A stretch of 63,536 bases of DNA, counting the filler, from Rhabdomonas costata (lineage: Eukaryota), in the NCBI GenBank assembly GCA_019059605.1. It is 30 parts of 30 records of this genome, joined end to end, with 100 filler letters (N's around TTAATTAATTAA, not from the genome) between each part and the next. Parts side by side here need not be neighbours in the genome. Positions count along the whole stretch, not along the records: positions 38,192 to 40,211 come from JAHMHO010006347.1; positions 40,312 to 42,332 come from JAHMHO010006348.1; positions 42,433 to 44,454 come from JAHMHO010006349.1; positions 44,555 to 46,575 come from JAHMHO010006350.1; positions 46,676 to 48,696 come from JAHMHO010006351.1; positions 48,797 to 50,817 come from JAHMHO010006352.1; 24 more parts are not named here. One strand, given 5' to 3'. Shown piece by piece: positions 38,861 to 49,207 of this stretch. Position 1 is the first letter of the stretch. Every line of letters begins with the position of its first letter. The notes under the pieces were generated by a model. It was not told where the DNA came from. It saw only the letters and a list, made by a program, of their open reading frames with translations, and did no database searches. The position numbers and the translations under genes are program-made.

Positions 38861-40758
38861 GTAGAGCGTCCAGCGTGATGGTACATCTCGGTGGAACCCG
38901 TATTATCCCATAAGACCATTATTCTTTCAGTGCAGCTTCTTCATCTCTGGGTCAGGGCGCTGGTGAGGGCTGCTGTTCCTTGGATCATAGTTCGGGAAGA
39001 CCGTCAGTGGTTCCTCGGGCTCGCCGAGCTGCCCGTACTGTGCTTCGGCCCGCAGCTACGTGCAAACGGTACAATCGCTGAACTCTCGCTTGCAGCAGCA
39101 CCTGGCCCAGCTGGGGGCCGCCCTTCATGCGCAGGCTAAACCTGCCTCGTGCGCACTTGCTGCTGCGGTTGAAGGTGTGTTTTCGGTTGGTGTGCCGTAA
39201 AAGCATCGTGGATGTGTGATAACGCATGTCGCTTCCCATTTTTGCTGCGCTAAGGCACGTCTCTGACTTTGTAGGATGGAAGTCCCTCGCTCTTGGGAAA
39301 GTGAAGGTGAATACTAAAAAGTTACTGGAGCTGAATTGGAACCTAACATTCGAGTATGATGACGGGAAAACGGGAAAACGGGACAACGGGACTAGCAATG
39401 CGAGCTCACATGCCTCTTTATTTTCTCCATTGCATCCGTCGGAGTTTTCCGTACCCTTTTATCCAGCTCAAATGTGAGCAAAAATTATTTAGATCATTCT
39501 GTCATTCACGATCTTTAAGTCTTTCACGATCTTTAGATCTTTAAGTCATTCACGATTCATTCTGATGCCAAACTGAGTTATCCTGTCCACGCGGACGGAG
39601 CATTTTATTTTGGAGGGATTTTCTTGATGGTCTGGTGCCAAACATTCGTCAATTGCTCTTTTTGTGTCCGCGTCCGCCCTCTTAGGTTGCAACACTCATT
39701 GTTGTGCGCCGGAGAGCACCCTGCCGCCGCCTTCTGGGCCCCCTCCAGAACTTACTCAGCCGAGCCCGGGTACCGGCGCTGTCACCGAAGTTTTTTCACC
39801 GGAGCTCAAAGCAAAGGCTCTGTCTCCGTTTCCTGCCACTCCAGGCAGGGTGCCGAACAACACCTTACCTCAGGCTGAGTGCAGAAAGGCTCCGCAAAAA
39901 GAACGCAAACTTTCGTCGCTTCACCTTCGCGTCAGATTCGAACTGCAGCACGATGCACCCGCTCACGGGGACTGTTACCTCGAACGTGCTCAGCTTCTCA
40001 GTCGCGGGCGCGACCGCAGGTCTAAAACAGAGTGAAAAGACATCGGCAGCATCTGCAAAGGACGCTTCACAAACTGTACCGAATTCTACTAATTCGGTGC
40101 GTGGTCAAAGTTACGTCCGCAGAACTAAGAATAAGGTTGACAGTAATGTGTGAAGGAGATCCCTATCTTCTTAGTCTCGAGGAAGGGATCAGATTGCATT
40201 AACCAAAACAANNNNNNNNNNNNNNNNNNNNNNNNNNNNNNNNNNNNNNNNNNNNTTAATTAATTAANNNNNNNNNNNNNNNNNNNNNNNNNNNNNNNNN
40301 NNNNNNNNNNNGGGTTTTGGTTTTGGGGTTTTGGTAATACCCTTTTCGACTGGCTCCAGCTTCTAAGGGAGCCAGGTGGACCTCTAGCAGGCAGTGGCAA
40401 TTCAATGTGGGTGTGGTGCATCATAAAGCACGGTGGCCTACCGAAGCAAGGTTTAATGCAAGATTATTTACAGGTAGGTGCTCCTCTGTGGGCAATATGC
40501 ATGCGATTTGACTGGAGCGCTATTGCGGCATATTTGTGGCAGCAATTTATGAAAGAAAAAAAATCGTCGGCCTACGAGGCAACGACTAAACTCTGTGGCA
40601 AGTCAGCCACACAGAAAAACCCCAAAAAGCATTTCCCTCGGCCCACCAACAGGAACGCACATCGTTTTAAAAGCACAGATAGGAACTCAGGAACCCATGC
40701 GAACTTTCCTGAGCACTCTCGGCTTCGCTGTTGTCACGAGTACTGAACCAGACAAAAT

Positions 40759-42264
40759 TTAATATTCGTCCGGATCTTCGGCGCCGCTGGGCTCCGAGGT
40801 AGCAAGATCCTTGCAAGCTGCTGTGTAGGAATGCAGCTGAGAGAGCGCACTTTCCAGATTTTCCGGATCATAGGTGTGAACAAAAGCCCGCTTGCGCAGA
40901 AGCTTGCAGGCAGGCAGGCAAAGCACGTCTTCCAAGTAATCCCCAATGCATACGTTGTTATAAACGGATAAGATTCTCCGAGAAGGGTTTCCGTGCAATA
41001 GCCCCAACGGCTTCGCCGCGCACATGCGATAACGAATGCCACACTTGAATCCTGTAGGACACCAGTCCACAAACTGAATGCTGCGGCGGGTTTTGAGGTA
41101 ACCCACGGCAGCCATGACGTCCTTTGGGACAACCTCCCCGCTGAAAGATAAGCACAAGCTCGTATACTTTCCAAGTCGTATCCCAAGGTCAAGGGTCTGG
41201 GCTGCGGGAGAAAAGCACACATTGGTCATCTCAGCCACCGACAGGGACGAGGAGGACTCTTCGAGTGTGGGTCGGGGAGCCATAGCGCTGCAAATGAACT
41301 TCAAAGCTGGGTAGGGAACTAGATTTGCCTCCATCTCCCCCCACGAACTGTTCAGGGCACCGTCCCAACGAATGCCCTGGGTCAGCTCACTGAACCAACA
41401 TCCCATGACCTCGACATTCCGCTGGCGGAGTTTGGAATTCCAGAAGCTGCCCGTGCCCCCCGACCAAGAGTACAGCCCTTTCTGCGAGTGTAGCAGCACA
41501 AATTGTGAGCAATCATTAAGGTGGCTCAGACCCAGCAAGGAGTTGTAAATCAGTTCAGGCTCCCCTCGACCGAACTCGCGTCCAAAGTAGGGCAGCACAA
41601 CAGCTGAGTACACAGAGGCCTTCGAGACCACTGTCTGGATACCCTCAATTATTTGCGTGTTGAGAAGGTCACGACAAAAGGAGGACGCAATCAGTGAAAT
41701 GGAGGGCTTGTAAGGCTCCGCTTCGCAAAGTTTTCTGAAACGCTCAATAAAGGAATCCAGCGTACCGGGGTGTACTGAAGCAGGCTCGCAAACGCACCGT
41801 CGCGCCAGCGTGAGCGGAGTAACGAGGAGCTCCTCAGGTTCACTGCACCGAAGGAGGAAGTGCGGAATAGCACGCCCACAGGAGTCTTCTGAAAAGAACG
41901 GGGACACGGAGGGGCGATTCGGAAGCAACACGCCATCTGACGTAATGCCGTGCTCGATCGCCAGCCGCTCAAGGATCCCCAACCCACAGTGCGCTCCCAA
42001 AGAACCCAGGCCAAGCACAACTGTGCTGCTGGAGCAGCTTGATCTGTTGTCCCCGGTCGATAAAAACCTATCCTGCAGTCTGCGCCACGCAGCCTCATAG
42101 CTCTCGCGACGATAGAAAGGGAGCAAGTGCTGCCTCCACCGTTGGCAAACCGCGGAGGCCGCCACTAGGCTGCTTTCCAGGTCCAAATACTCCCCGATCA
42201 ACAAGACCACGTCCATAACTTCGAACCAGGCAGTCACAACTGTGCAATCGGTACTGAAGTTCAC
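40759..42264 (-). CDS. F-box-like domain fused to a divergent alpha-tubulin (single exon; first ATG at 42216; frame open to the contig end, so possibly 5'-partial)
   Basis: Residues ~13-47, WFEVMDVVLLIGEYLDLESSLVAASAVCQRWRQ, fit the F-box pattern (I..YL....L.....VC+.W). Residues ~80-501 align colinearly with alpha-tubulin: EHGI..DG, FFSE..G, RKL, YNS.L, RWDGALN, NLVPYP, LSVAEMTN.CF.P, GKY...C...G.VVPKDV.AA, SIQFVDWCPTGFKCGI, KRAFVH.Y, and terminal DEY. Confidence 0.93.
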   Translation of the reverse strand: MNFSTDCTVVTAWFEVMDVVLLIGEYLDLESSLVAASAVCQRWRQHLLPFYRRESYEAAWRRLQDRFLSTGDNRSSCSSSTVVLGLGSLGAHCGLGILERLAIEHGITSDGVLLPNRPSVSPFFSEDSCGRAIPHFLLRCSEPEELLVTPLTLARRCVCEPASVHPGTLDSFIERFRKLCEAEPYKPSISLIASSFCRDLLNTQIIEGIQTVVSKASVYSAVVLPYFGREFGRGEPELIYNSLLGLSHLNDCSQFVLLHSQKGLYSWSGGTGSFWNSKLRQRNVEVMGCWFSELTQGIRWDGALNSSWGEMEANLVPYPALKFICSAMAPRPTLEESSSSLSVAEMTNVCFSPAAQTLDLGIRLGKYTSLCLSFSGEVVPKDVMAAVGYLKTRRSIQFVDWCPTGFKCGIRYRMCAAKPLGLLHGNPSRRILSVYNNVCIGDYLEDVLCLPACKLLRKRAFVHTYDPENLESALSQLHSYTAACKDLATSEPSGAEDPDEY

Positions 42265-43473
42265 CTTGAGATTTTCTTCTGGCGAACCCCTCTCAGACCA
42301 AACCGAAGGAGCAAGTGGAAAGCCAAGGCACANNNNNNNNNNNNNNNNNNNNNNNNNNNNNNNNNNNNNNNNNNNNTTAATTAATTAANNNNNNNNNNNN
42401 NNNNNNNNNNNNNNNNNNNNNNNNNNNNNNNNGTGAGTCAGAAAAGTGCAGACTACGAGACCCATGCATCAGCCGGGGAATGCGGGCAGCTGCAGCCGGA
42501 GCAAACGGCTCAGGCTCAGTGTCGTGAGTGGGGCCTTCAGATCACACTCGGTTTGGAAACAGACTGACTGACGTGCTGACGAGGTAGCGTATGTGTTAGA
42601 CCAGCCAGCAGGCGCCTGGCACGCACGCAGCTCACCAGAGCAGAAGACGGTACGTCCCAGTCCCATCTGATCCGCATCAGCTAGAGCGCGTTGCATGCAA
42701 CGCGATTCAAGGAGTTCAAAGTGGGACCGAAATGGCAAGATGCAACCTAAGGCTGGGAAGATTTCCCGAGTGCCACCATACCACCAATTAAGAGCCATAA
42801 ACAACCAGCCAAGCTCAGGTAGTGATGCCCGTGCCTGAGCCATGGTGGCGTCTTCTAATTGTGGGTCGTCACTTTAATCCGAAGTGGACGGAGAGCCCAG
42901 GTTCAGCGAGCGGGGCAGGGCTCGCCTTCTTTGGGGGTAGTCTCTGCACAGTTGCAGAGTGCACGCCTCCCACAGGGGTACTTTGGTATTCTGCAAAGGT
43001 TCGCCCGCGCAGTACAAGCCTTCTTCCACATCCGGGCCGCCAAAGTCGCTCATGAAAACCACCATATAGGAGGCTGTCCTGGGAGCAGCTCAAGTGGAGT
43101 CCCCGAAAAAAAAGGGATATTGGGCGCCTCAGCTGACTGGGCTGGGAGGGTCACGGCCACCCAGCGGGATCGTGCTCGTCGGATTCTGGGCCCAAAAACC
43201 AACCCGGTCGCCCACCTGAACACCAAGGACTGATGTCCGTGCCTGATACCCGACCCTCCGGCTCCGGCTTCGGTTCCACAGCGTCCAGCCAGTAAGTCAC
43301 TCAGTGATTACGACGAAGTCCTACCCCACTCCCACCCTCACTATCTCCGGCATCTTTCTGAGGAGTGTGGTTGCTTTCGAGTTTCCACACACGGGAGGGC
43401 GCGATTTGATGCACGTCCGGATGCCGAGGAAAATAACGCAAGACGGTCAATAATGAGTACAGTTGAAACTCAC

Positions 43474-43609
43474 CTCTTTCAGGAGCTCGGTGTCGTTGAG
43501 GTTGAGGTTTGTGGCCGCGGCCTCGTGGGCTGCAAGGTCCGATGCCAAGCTGGGTACAAAGGAGCTGATGGACCACCACGCCAGCAGTGCAATCAGGGGC
43601 ATTGAAATC
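43474..43609 (-). CDS. Exon with signal-peptide-like start (MPLIALLAWWSISS...ELLKE)
   Basis: AG| acceptor after a pyrimidine tract and a GAG|GTGAGT donor. Confidence 0.45.
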
Positions 43610-44703
43610 CTTCGAAGAGAAAACAGACTAAAGTGTCGAACGGGATGAATCAGGCTGTGGTAAACTGTGTGTGTGTGTATGTGTGTGTGTGTTAGGCGCA
43701 TTGCGCGCTGGCTGTTGCCTGGTTATGTGTGTGTGTCTGCGTATGTGTGTAAAGCATATTAAAACCTCAGAAAAAGCAGAAGCGATGAATTGCTGACGGG
43801 GTCCATCAGTTGAGACGATGGAAAAAAGTTGAAACGGATTTGAATTTTGCCTACTTCCCACTCGTCACGACTGCCTGCGACTTTGCGACACCTATTACAG
43901 CAACGATCAACGATAGTGCCTGGGGCAAGGAGACGGTTCCCTCCCACTCCACACATACATAGGCTGTCATACACTTCCCAGAACCTCATTTATCGCTGTC
44001 TTACGAAAGGCAGTAACGCCAGCGGTGCATAGCTGCCAGCAATGAATAATGGATGGAAGCCGCTGCATACAAGCCCGCACGTCGACCGTAAGCCATCCGC
44101 ACCACGACAACCTCAGGCGGGAGCGGGTATGAAAGCTGTCACCTGGTTCCGAACAATCCAAACCATAACCCCCCCATTAAACACCACAGAACATGAACCC
44201 GTGAGCTGTACTGACCCAAATTCGGAAGCCACAAGCTGGCCCACTCAAACGCAAAGTTGCGTCACACTGTCCCAACAGGATGCGATATGCAGAACGGCGA
44301 TCCTGCACATTTTATCTCTCGGCACCATAACACACTTTGAAAGCATTACTCGCAGCGGAATGAAGAGCAATACATGTGACGGTGGTGGCCCAGGAGGGCT
44401 GGAATCCAGACACTTTATCTGTAATATATGTCTATCCAGACAATAACCCTCCCCNNNNNNNNNNNNNNNNNNNNNNNNNNNNNNNNNNNNNNNNNNNNTT
44501 AATTAATTAANNNNNNNNNNNNNNNNNNNNNNNNNNNNNNNNNNNNNNNNNNNNTGTTTTTGGTGCAACGTTAAATAATGCAATGGAAACAGTGAAGGCC
44601 GCGAAACTGCAATCGTTCCCTTGTGCGCGAGTTGCTCTTCAAGGTGACAACATGAACGTTCCCTTCTTTCCCTTCTTTCCCTTCTTTCATCTCTCCTTCG
44701 CAG

Positions 44704-44988
44704 GAATTCCGCGCCTACCTCCCGGAGGCCGTCCTGGGCGCTGCAAACGACGCGCAGTCCTCAGGCGGGTTGGTAGGGGAGCCTGACAAGCCTGCACCCC
44801 CACACACCCCACACAGCGCAGGGCCTCACCGCATCGCCCCTGTGACCTCGCGAATCTCTGCGCGGTATCCCGAGGAGCCACTCGCCGGTCCTCCCTGCGC
44901 CGCAAACTCCGCAAGGAACAGCAGCACTCGCGGGGGCTCTCTGCAGACCTCGCCCCGGGGATACGCCGACCTCTCCGCGGCGTGCCGG
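44704..44988 (+). CDS. Probable receptor class III nucleotide cyclase, linker exons (44704-~44764, 44822-44988)
   Basis: EFRAYLPEAVL directly after a strong pyrimidine tract and CAG resembles the (E)YRxYLP..V helix preceding cyclase domains in protist receptors. It is followed by a Ser/Arg-rich linker exon. Confidence 0.5.
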
Positions 44989-45031
44989 GTCTATTTTCGC
45001 GGTTCGGGGCAGAGGGCTGGACAGGGGGTAC

Positions 45032-46189
45032 CGCACAATATACTGGTCCCTGGCCAGGTGGGGGTGCTCGTAAAAGAGCGCCTCGGTGAGATTCCCACGG
45101 AATTCGTTCCACGTAGTATGGTGAGCCAACTGTGGGTAAATGACCGAAGATTCATTAGAGCAAAGGCGACGTTTCACCGCAAAAATGTATCGCAAATAAA
45201 AGAAACCGAACTGCTGCAAAAACAGCACCACGTGATTGAAAAGAAAAAAAAGAAAATAGGGTCAAGAGAAGTGCTCACAGCCAGGTGCATGACCCGCATG
45301 CCCAAAATACAGCTACCTGGAAAGAATCTGACAAGGCAAATAACTCCGGATTTCAGTGAAGAGGTGCTTGAGAGCAGGAAAACGAGTATGTAGGTCAAAT
45401 CCGGTAGTGTTGTGGGGATGGAACCTAGATGAACTTCAAAACAAGCCGGTGGGTCAAGTGACCAAAGGGTCCAAAGGGGGGGGGGAAGCGGTCCCAAAGC
45501 ATACCAAAAACGGGAAGAAAAGCACGGAAAAGACAAGGGGTGTTGTGCAGGGAAAAGGCAGACACAGGGCAAATGAAATTTCTCGCACACGCCATTTATG
45601 GATACATTTTTCGGACGCTCGCCAGTCACTCCTAGCCTAGCCTGTCAAGCCGGGCCATCTGTTCCCCGTGCAGCTTTCCTAGCTGGAAGAGCATACGCGC
45701 AATTACGTGTGGTCGCTACGGGCCGTAGCTTTCTGGCCACCAACAAGGTTAGGGATGGATTTAGGTTTTACCAAAACGTGTGCGCAAGCGCGGGGGTGGC
45801 ATTGTATCACCTCCACGGGAGTCACCTCGCTGCGGCCAGAACGGAAGAGGGGCCAGAAGTCAGGGCGTGCCATCTGCTCCCGCACAACGGCACACCGCGT
45901 GCAGCGGGTGGGCCTCAACGCGGGAGAGGAAGACGAACACGATGGAGTAACAATGAAGGTGCCGGAAGAAAGGCCAACACCGGCTGCTGTCGCGGGTGCA
46001 GCGGGCACGGGTGTCACGGGCACGGGTGCGTAGTGGTAGGGCCGCAGGGGCTCCCCAGGGTAGAAGTCCCTGGGGCGGCGGCACCTCGCCAGGGTGCCCT
46101 TGTCACCCACGAGGCTGGCCACCTCCTCGGCAGATGCGGCCAGGCCATCAATGACCCCGGACAGGGGTTTCACAACCGCACCCACAACC
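45032..46189 (-). CDS. VPS13-family C-terminal region, partial (exons ~46189-45811, possibly split further, and 45129-45032)
   Basis: VVGAVVKPLSGVIDGLAASAE...RCRRPRDFYPGEPLRPY matches the VPS13 G.V.KP..G..D....EG...R.R.PR.F....L.PY motif. Confidence 0.75.
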
Positions 46190-46385
46190 CTACGCAGCAC
46201 ATAACAAACACATTTATCTTTATTGAAGAAGGGCGCCAAAAATCCCCTCGCCAAAAAGAGACGTGTGATCCAGGCCGCAACAAGGAGCATCTACAACTGA
46301 AGACATAAGCGGCAAATCCAGACTATCAAGCCAATGCCAAATGCACAGCAACCAGATTGTTGAGGAATGAATTTTTTAGTTCAGA

Positions 46386-46575
46386 TGGTCATCGTTGATG
46401 TTCCACGGAGAAACGTCACTGTTCCTCACTGCCCTCAGCGGACATCTGTAAATTCCGCATTCGTGAATGCGTGGACATATGTAAATCTCCAGATAGACAT
46501 TGATACACTTTGTTTTCCTTCGTTTAGGGCAGTGAGGAACAGTGACGTTTCTCCGTGGAACATCAACGATGACCA
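46386..46575. repeat. 50-bp perfect inverted repeat around a 90-bp spacer (46386-46435 / 46526-46575), MITE-like or fold-back
   Basis: TGGTCATCGTTGATGTTCCACGGAGAAACGTCACTGTTCCTCACTGCCCT and its reverse complement. The right arm ends at the contig end. Confidence 0.85.
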
Positions 46576-46952
46576 NNNNNNNNNNNNNNNNNNNNNNNNN
46601 NNNNNNNNNNNNNNNNNNNTTAATTAATTAANNNNNNNNNNNNNNNNNNNNNNNNNNNNNNNNNNNNNNNNNNNNGGGTTGTTGGCCCAGAGCAGGCCGG
46701 AATGCTTTGGTTTGTAGCTGCTGTCGAAGCCATTCCACAGTCGGAGATTCGTGTTCTTCTCTTAACCTCATGCAGATCCCTATGAGTCAATCCTCTTATC
46801 GAACCGCTGTTGGATGATGAGCATTATCTAAAAGAAAATTATCTAGCTGTATAATAAGGACTATCCACCCTGAAAAGTGGAGGGGGGGGGATCAACAGTA
46901 AACCCTATTTTTCAACTGGAGTTGGGCTCTTTTTCTTTGGTTCTGCTTCAAG

Positions 46953-48291
46953 GGCCTGGCGATCGTGCGTCAGCTGGTGGAGCTGATGGGAGGCACATTG
47001 AGGATGACTTCTGTAGAAGGCGAGGGCTCCACCTTCTCTTTCACCCTGTTGCTGGAGGCCCACAACACCGAGCACCTCGAGGCCGCTCCACAGGACGCTG
47101 TGGTGCTGGCTCCGCTTCTCGGAGTTCGGCTGCTGGTATCCCCACTTCGCTCAATGATGGCACGCATGATCGTTGACCGCGAGGGACGTACATTCATCCC
47201 GGCCCGAAATGCTTCCCCCCATTGCCGCTGTGTTCGCGGCGTTTTGGTGGAAGTGTAGAGAAGTATCATAGGAAAGATGAAGAGGAAAAAACCTGGGTTA
47301 TTTTTCAACTGGAGGTTTGACTTCACTCCAGTTATGCATGCTCACTTCCCGTGGCCTCCGCAGGTCGTGGACGACAACGCTATCAACCGCGCTGTGATGC
47401 AGAGCTTCGCCACCCGGCTGGGCTGCGGCGTGGAGTTCGCTGTGGATGGGCTGCAGGCGGTCCGCTTTTTTGGGGAGGTTTGTGGTCGCGCACGAGTTTC
47501 CTCTTTTCACCATTGCAGCTAGCTCTGGCATAGCTTCTGTTGCGTCCACGTCGGGGACCCATTGCGCTCGACGTTGCCGCGTTCGAGGTTTTAAGTGAGG
47601 GGTTGGGGCTCATATTTGGTGGGATGGTAGTACTCCTGAGATGAGCTGGATGGCCGCTTCCCTGTCTGGGACATCTTTACTATGCCTAGATATGACCCCT
47701 TCAAGGTCCAATTTTGGCCCTTTTAAAAGGGCATTGCCGACGTAAAAATTTCAGCGGTCTGATGCACCTTTTGGAATAATGCAGGCCTTCACACTGAGCC
47801 TAAGCTTTCGGCCTGTCCTGCTTAGCGTACCTAAGGGCAGAGCCCAGGAGTACTTCATGCTGGCACCGGAGTGGGCCAGAATGCTTGTGTTTACAGGCAC
47901 CCCAGAGGACTCGCCAATGACCATTTGTTTAGGGACGAACGCCAGCGAAGTGGCGGGCCCCGGAGGCCAACCCGGAACGCGGCCGGAGTGGGCGGATGGG
48001 GATTTTGCTCCATTGACTACCTCTCTTTCATATCATTTTTAGTCGGGCCTCTTTTCCGCTCATTGGTATGCCGCTTTTCGTCGTGTTCCTGAGGGCTGCT
48101 TCTTTTTGTTGTTGTGCGTTCTGACACAGAAGCACCCGCTCGCGGTTTTGGAGACGGTGGACTCGACCCCACCGTTGACGTCCATCCCGTCAGGCAATCC
48201 TCTCAGCCCCCATACAAAGACGAGCACCACCACTCTTGCTGAGGTGGTCACGGGCCCTGGCGCCCCCGTGGTGGATATCGTTTTTATGGAC
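46953..48291 (+). CDS. Hybrid sensor histidine kinase: end of HATPase_c plus receiver domain (exons 46953-47135, 47364-47459, 48130-48291)
   Basis: GLAIVRQLVELMGGTLRMTSVEGEGSTFSF (G2/G3 boxes), RLL|VVDDNAINRAV (REC beta1), AVDGLQA, and VDIVFMD (phospho-acceptor Asp). Confidence 0.93.
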
Positions 48292-49207
48292 GTACGTGCC
48301 CCCCCTCCCTCCGCCTCCTTCGACTGCGGGGTGTGCTTGGTAGTCCACGCGCTAAGGAACCCAACACACCAGAGCTGCGGTGCGAAAGCTGTGCATTCCA
48401 GTGTTAGAAGCTCAACGTATTCAAAATGCATCTCTTTTCCATCATCATGCATCAAAAATAACACGTCCTCCTTTCGCATCTTCCCCCAGAAACGTTCTTT
48501 GGCCGGCACTTCTTTCTCCTCTTTGTGTGCCGCCGCTGCAGTGCTCGAAGTGCCGCCGCTGATGTGCTGTTCTCAACCACTTGATTATGAAAAATTTTAA
48601 AGAGTTAGGGATCAATTTTACCTTCTACACAACAACAGTGGCACTGTTCCAGAGCTTGGTCCACGACACAGACACAGAGAAGCACGAACCAACACCNNNN
48701 NNNNNNNNNNNNNNNNNNNNNNNNNNNNNNNNNNNNNNNNTTAATTAATTAANNNNNNNNNNNNNNNNNNNNNNNNNNNNNNNNNNNNNNNNNNNNTTTT
48801 TGTAGGGCCCCCGCGCTCATCACCGTCACAGGGGCCCTACAAAAAACGAAACGTAGTGGAAACGAAACAAACAATGAGCGGAATCAAAGAAGAAACAATG
48901 AGCCAAGGCAAGAAAAAGGGAAAGGGGGGGGGGTGGCGCCATGTCAGACCATGCCAAAGTATGCAGAGCTCTTTGGTTACTAGACACCATTTGACGGCCC
49001 CAGCCCAGGCTGCCTTTTCTGTTCTGGAGATGAAGCCTCTTGCTCGCAGAACCCGCGTGAGGGCCCGCATTCAACAGGTCCCATTGGTAAAAATCCAAAC
49101 TATCTATCACACGAACAGCCGAAAAACCAAACCTTCAAAATTGTGAGCTAGAAAAACCCTGAGCAACGACGAAGAAAGGGTGGGTGACGGAGGGAGATGT
49201 GTCACAC

